Source: an uncultured delta proteobacterium (lineage in GTDB: Bacteria; Myxococcota; Myxococcia; Myxococcales; Myxococcaceae). Taken from it: a DNA stretch of 64,000 nucleotides. The DNA is taken from the NCBI GenBank assembly GCA_963771175.1, contig CAVYSY010000026.1, forward strand, positions 352,001-416,000, given 5' to 3'. Position 1 is the stretch's first letter, and the number at the start of each line of letters is the position of its first letter. Shown piece by piece: positions 62,284 to 64,000 of the stretch. The notes beneath the pieces are model-generated. The model had not been told where the DNA came from. It made no database searches and was given only the letters and a program-made list of their open reading frames with translations. A program made the translations under genes and the position numbers.

Positions 62284-63177
62284 ATGGATTTGAACCTCCT
62301 CGGCCTCTTCGTGGCCGTCGCGGAGACCGGCAGCTTCTCGGAGGCGGCCCGGAAGCTCGGGCTGCCCAAGTCGTCCGTGAGCAGGGGCGTGGCGAGCCTC
62401 GAAGCCTCGGTGGGTGCGCAGTTGCTCCACCGCACCACGCGTCACGTCTCGCTGAGCACCGCCGGTGCCGCGCTGTACGAGCGAGCGGCGCCGCTGCTCG
62501 CCTCGCTGAAGGAAGCGGTCGGGACCCTGCCCGAGCGGGAGGAGGCGCCTTCGGGCGAGCTCCGGCTCACCGCGCCGCATGACATGGGGGTCACCTTCCT
62601 GCCCGAGGTCGTCGCGCGCTTCACCGCGCGCTATCCCTCGGTGCGAGTCGACTGCCGCCTCACGAACCGGAACGTGGACCTGGTGGCGGAGGGGTACGAT
62701 CTCGCGCTCCGCGCCTCGGGAGCGAAGCTGGCGGATTCGTCGCTGATGGCCCGGCGACTCGGGGCCATCGACGTGCAGCTCTTCGCTTCGCCCACGTACC
62801 TCGCACGCCGAGGGACGCCCCGCACGCCCGAGGATCTGGCCCAACACGACTTCCTCGCGTTCCGGGGGCTCAAGTACCTCAGCGAGCTGGGCCTCTCGGA
62901 GAAGAACGCGCGCGTGCTCGCCGACGACATGCTCTTCTTGCGCGAGGTGGCGAAGGCGGGCTCGGGGCTCGCGGTCCTCCCCACGTTCCTCGCGCAGGCG
63001 GACGTGACGTCCGGGCAGCTCGTCCGCGTGCTGCCGCGCTACACGCAACCGTCCACGACGCTCGTGATGCTGTACCCGCGGACCCAGCACGTCCCGAGGA
63101 AGGTGTCGGCCTTCCGTGACTTCCTGCTCGAGTTCCTCAAGGGACGACCGCTCTCGGCCCCCACCAACGGGGGCTGA
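62284..63177 (+). CDS. LysR-family transcriptional regulator
   Basis: GSFSEAARKLG...SVSR...LLHRTTR and VDLVAEGYDLALR. Confidence 0.93.
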   Translation: MDLNLLGLFVAVAETGSFSEAARKLGLPKSSVSRGVASLEASVGAQLLHRTTRHVSLSTAGAALYERAAPLLASLKEAVGTLPEREEAPSGELRLTAPHDMGVTFLPEVVARFTARYPSVRVDCRLTNRNVDLVAEGYDLALRASGAKLADSSLMARRLGAIDVQLFASPTYLARRGTPRTPEDLAQHDFLAFRGLKYLSELGLSEKNARVLADDMLFLREVAKAGSGLAVLPTFLAQADVTSGQLVRVLPRYTQPSTTLVMLYPRTQHVPRKVSAFRDFLLEFLKGRPLSAPTNGG

Positions 63178-63206
63178 GCCGGGACGATTCCCCTTCGGCC
63201 CCGGCC

Positions 63207-64000
63207 TCAGCCGAGGAGCACGGAGCGCATCGACAGCGAGCCGAGATCGAAACCGCTCACCGGGAAGCGCACCGGATCCCCGTCACTGGCGGCGCCGGCG
63301 ACGTACAGCATCGGGAGGAAGTGGTCGAGGCTCGGGTGCGACATCCGACCCGCGTCGGTCTCGATGACGCGCGCCAGGAAGGCGCCGTCGTGCTGCTCGA
63401 ACGCCTTGGTCACGTCCGCGTCGAAGCGCGAGGCCCACTGCGGGGTGGTGAAGTTGCCCGACTGCATGCTTGAGAAGGCGTGGCGCAGGTTGTGCGTCAC
63501 GTTGCCGCTGCCCATCACCAGGACGCCTTCGTCGCGGAGCCCGGCGAGAGCGCGGCCCAGCGCGAGGTGTTCGGAGGGAGCGAGCCGCGCGTCGATGCTG
63601 AGTTGCACGACCGGGACATCCGCCGCGGGACGCAGGTAGTGGAGCACGGTCCAGGTGCCGTGATCGAGGCCCCAGTCGTTCTGGACCGACGCGCGAGAGG
63701 GTCCGAGGAGCTGAACCACGCGCTGCGCGAGCTCGATGCTGCCGGGGGCCGGGTACTGCATCTGGTAGAGCGCGCGAGGGAAGCCGCCGAAGTCGTGGAT
63801 GGTGGGCGGGTGCTCGTTCCCGGTGAGGAAGGTGCCGGGAAGGAACCAGTGCGCGGAGATCGAGAGGATGGCCTTGGGCTTGGGCAACTGCCCGGCGAGC
63901 GAGCGGAAGCCCTGGGACCAGGTGTTGTCCTCGATGGCGTTCATCGGAGAGCCGTGCCCGATGAAGAGCACCGGCATGCGCTGCTCGGAGATGGGGGTGG
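63207..64000 (-). CDS. ygiD: DODA/YgiD-type extradiol dioxygenase (start at 63977 or beyond the window edge)
   Basis: MPVLFIGHGSPMNA, ISAHW, GLDHGTW, GSGNVTHNL and HFLP. Confidence 0.88.
   Translation of the reverse strand, partial: TPISEQRMPVLFIGHGSPMNAIEDNTWSQGFRSLAGQLPKPKAILSISAHWFLPGTFLTGNEHPPTIHDFGGFPRALYQMQYPAPGSIELAQRVVQLLGPSRASVQNDWGLDHGTWTVLHYLRPAADVPVVQLSIDARLAPSEHLALGRALAGLRDEGVLVMGSGNVTHNLRHAFSSMQSGNFTTPQWASRFDADVTKAFEQHDGAFLARVIETDAGRMSHPSLDHFLPMLYVAGAASDGDPVRFPVSGFDLGSLSMRSVLLG

Overview
This is a high-GC window, most likely from a Myxococcales chromosome (Archangium/Cystobacter-like gene content; this is inferred). Many genes, including housekeeping pcrA/uvrD and coaA, carry small indels that look like long-read assembly errors, so several proteins were reconstructed by hand across frames. 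Ordinary content: helicase, three ECF sigma/anti-sigma modules, metabolic enzymes, lipoproteins and a toxin-immunity remnant. Three regions stand out. (1) A split candidate ubiquitin-like conjugation system: a vWA (possibly TROVE-like) protein, a protein whose only Cys lies in an E2-like GICL motif and a JAMM peptidase (15.8-19.3 kb), plus a small ubiquitin-like protein ending ...PFGA and a minimal ThiF/E1 (23.96-24.8 kb). (2) An array of 16 tRNAs (28.0-30.2 kb), all with C34 or G34 anticodons. It contains an HNH nuclease gene and an unexplained multi-hairpin RNA, and it is preceded by a 57-codon leader ORF whose 3' end can pair with the downstream terminator (a candidate translation-sensing attenuator). 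(3) Just downstream, a ClpA/B-type AAA+ ATPase fused to a release factor 2-like body lacking both SPF and GGQ. No database searches were run; family assignments come from motif recognition by eye.
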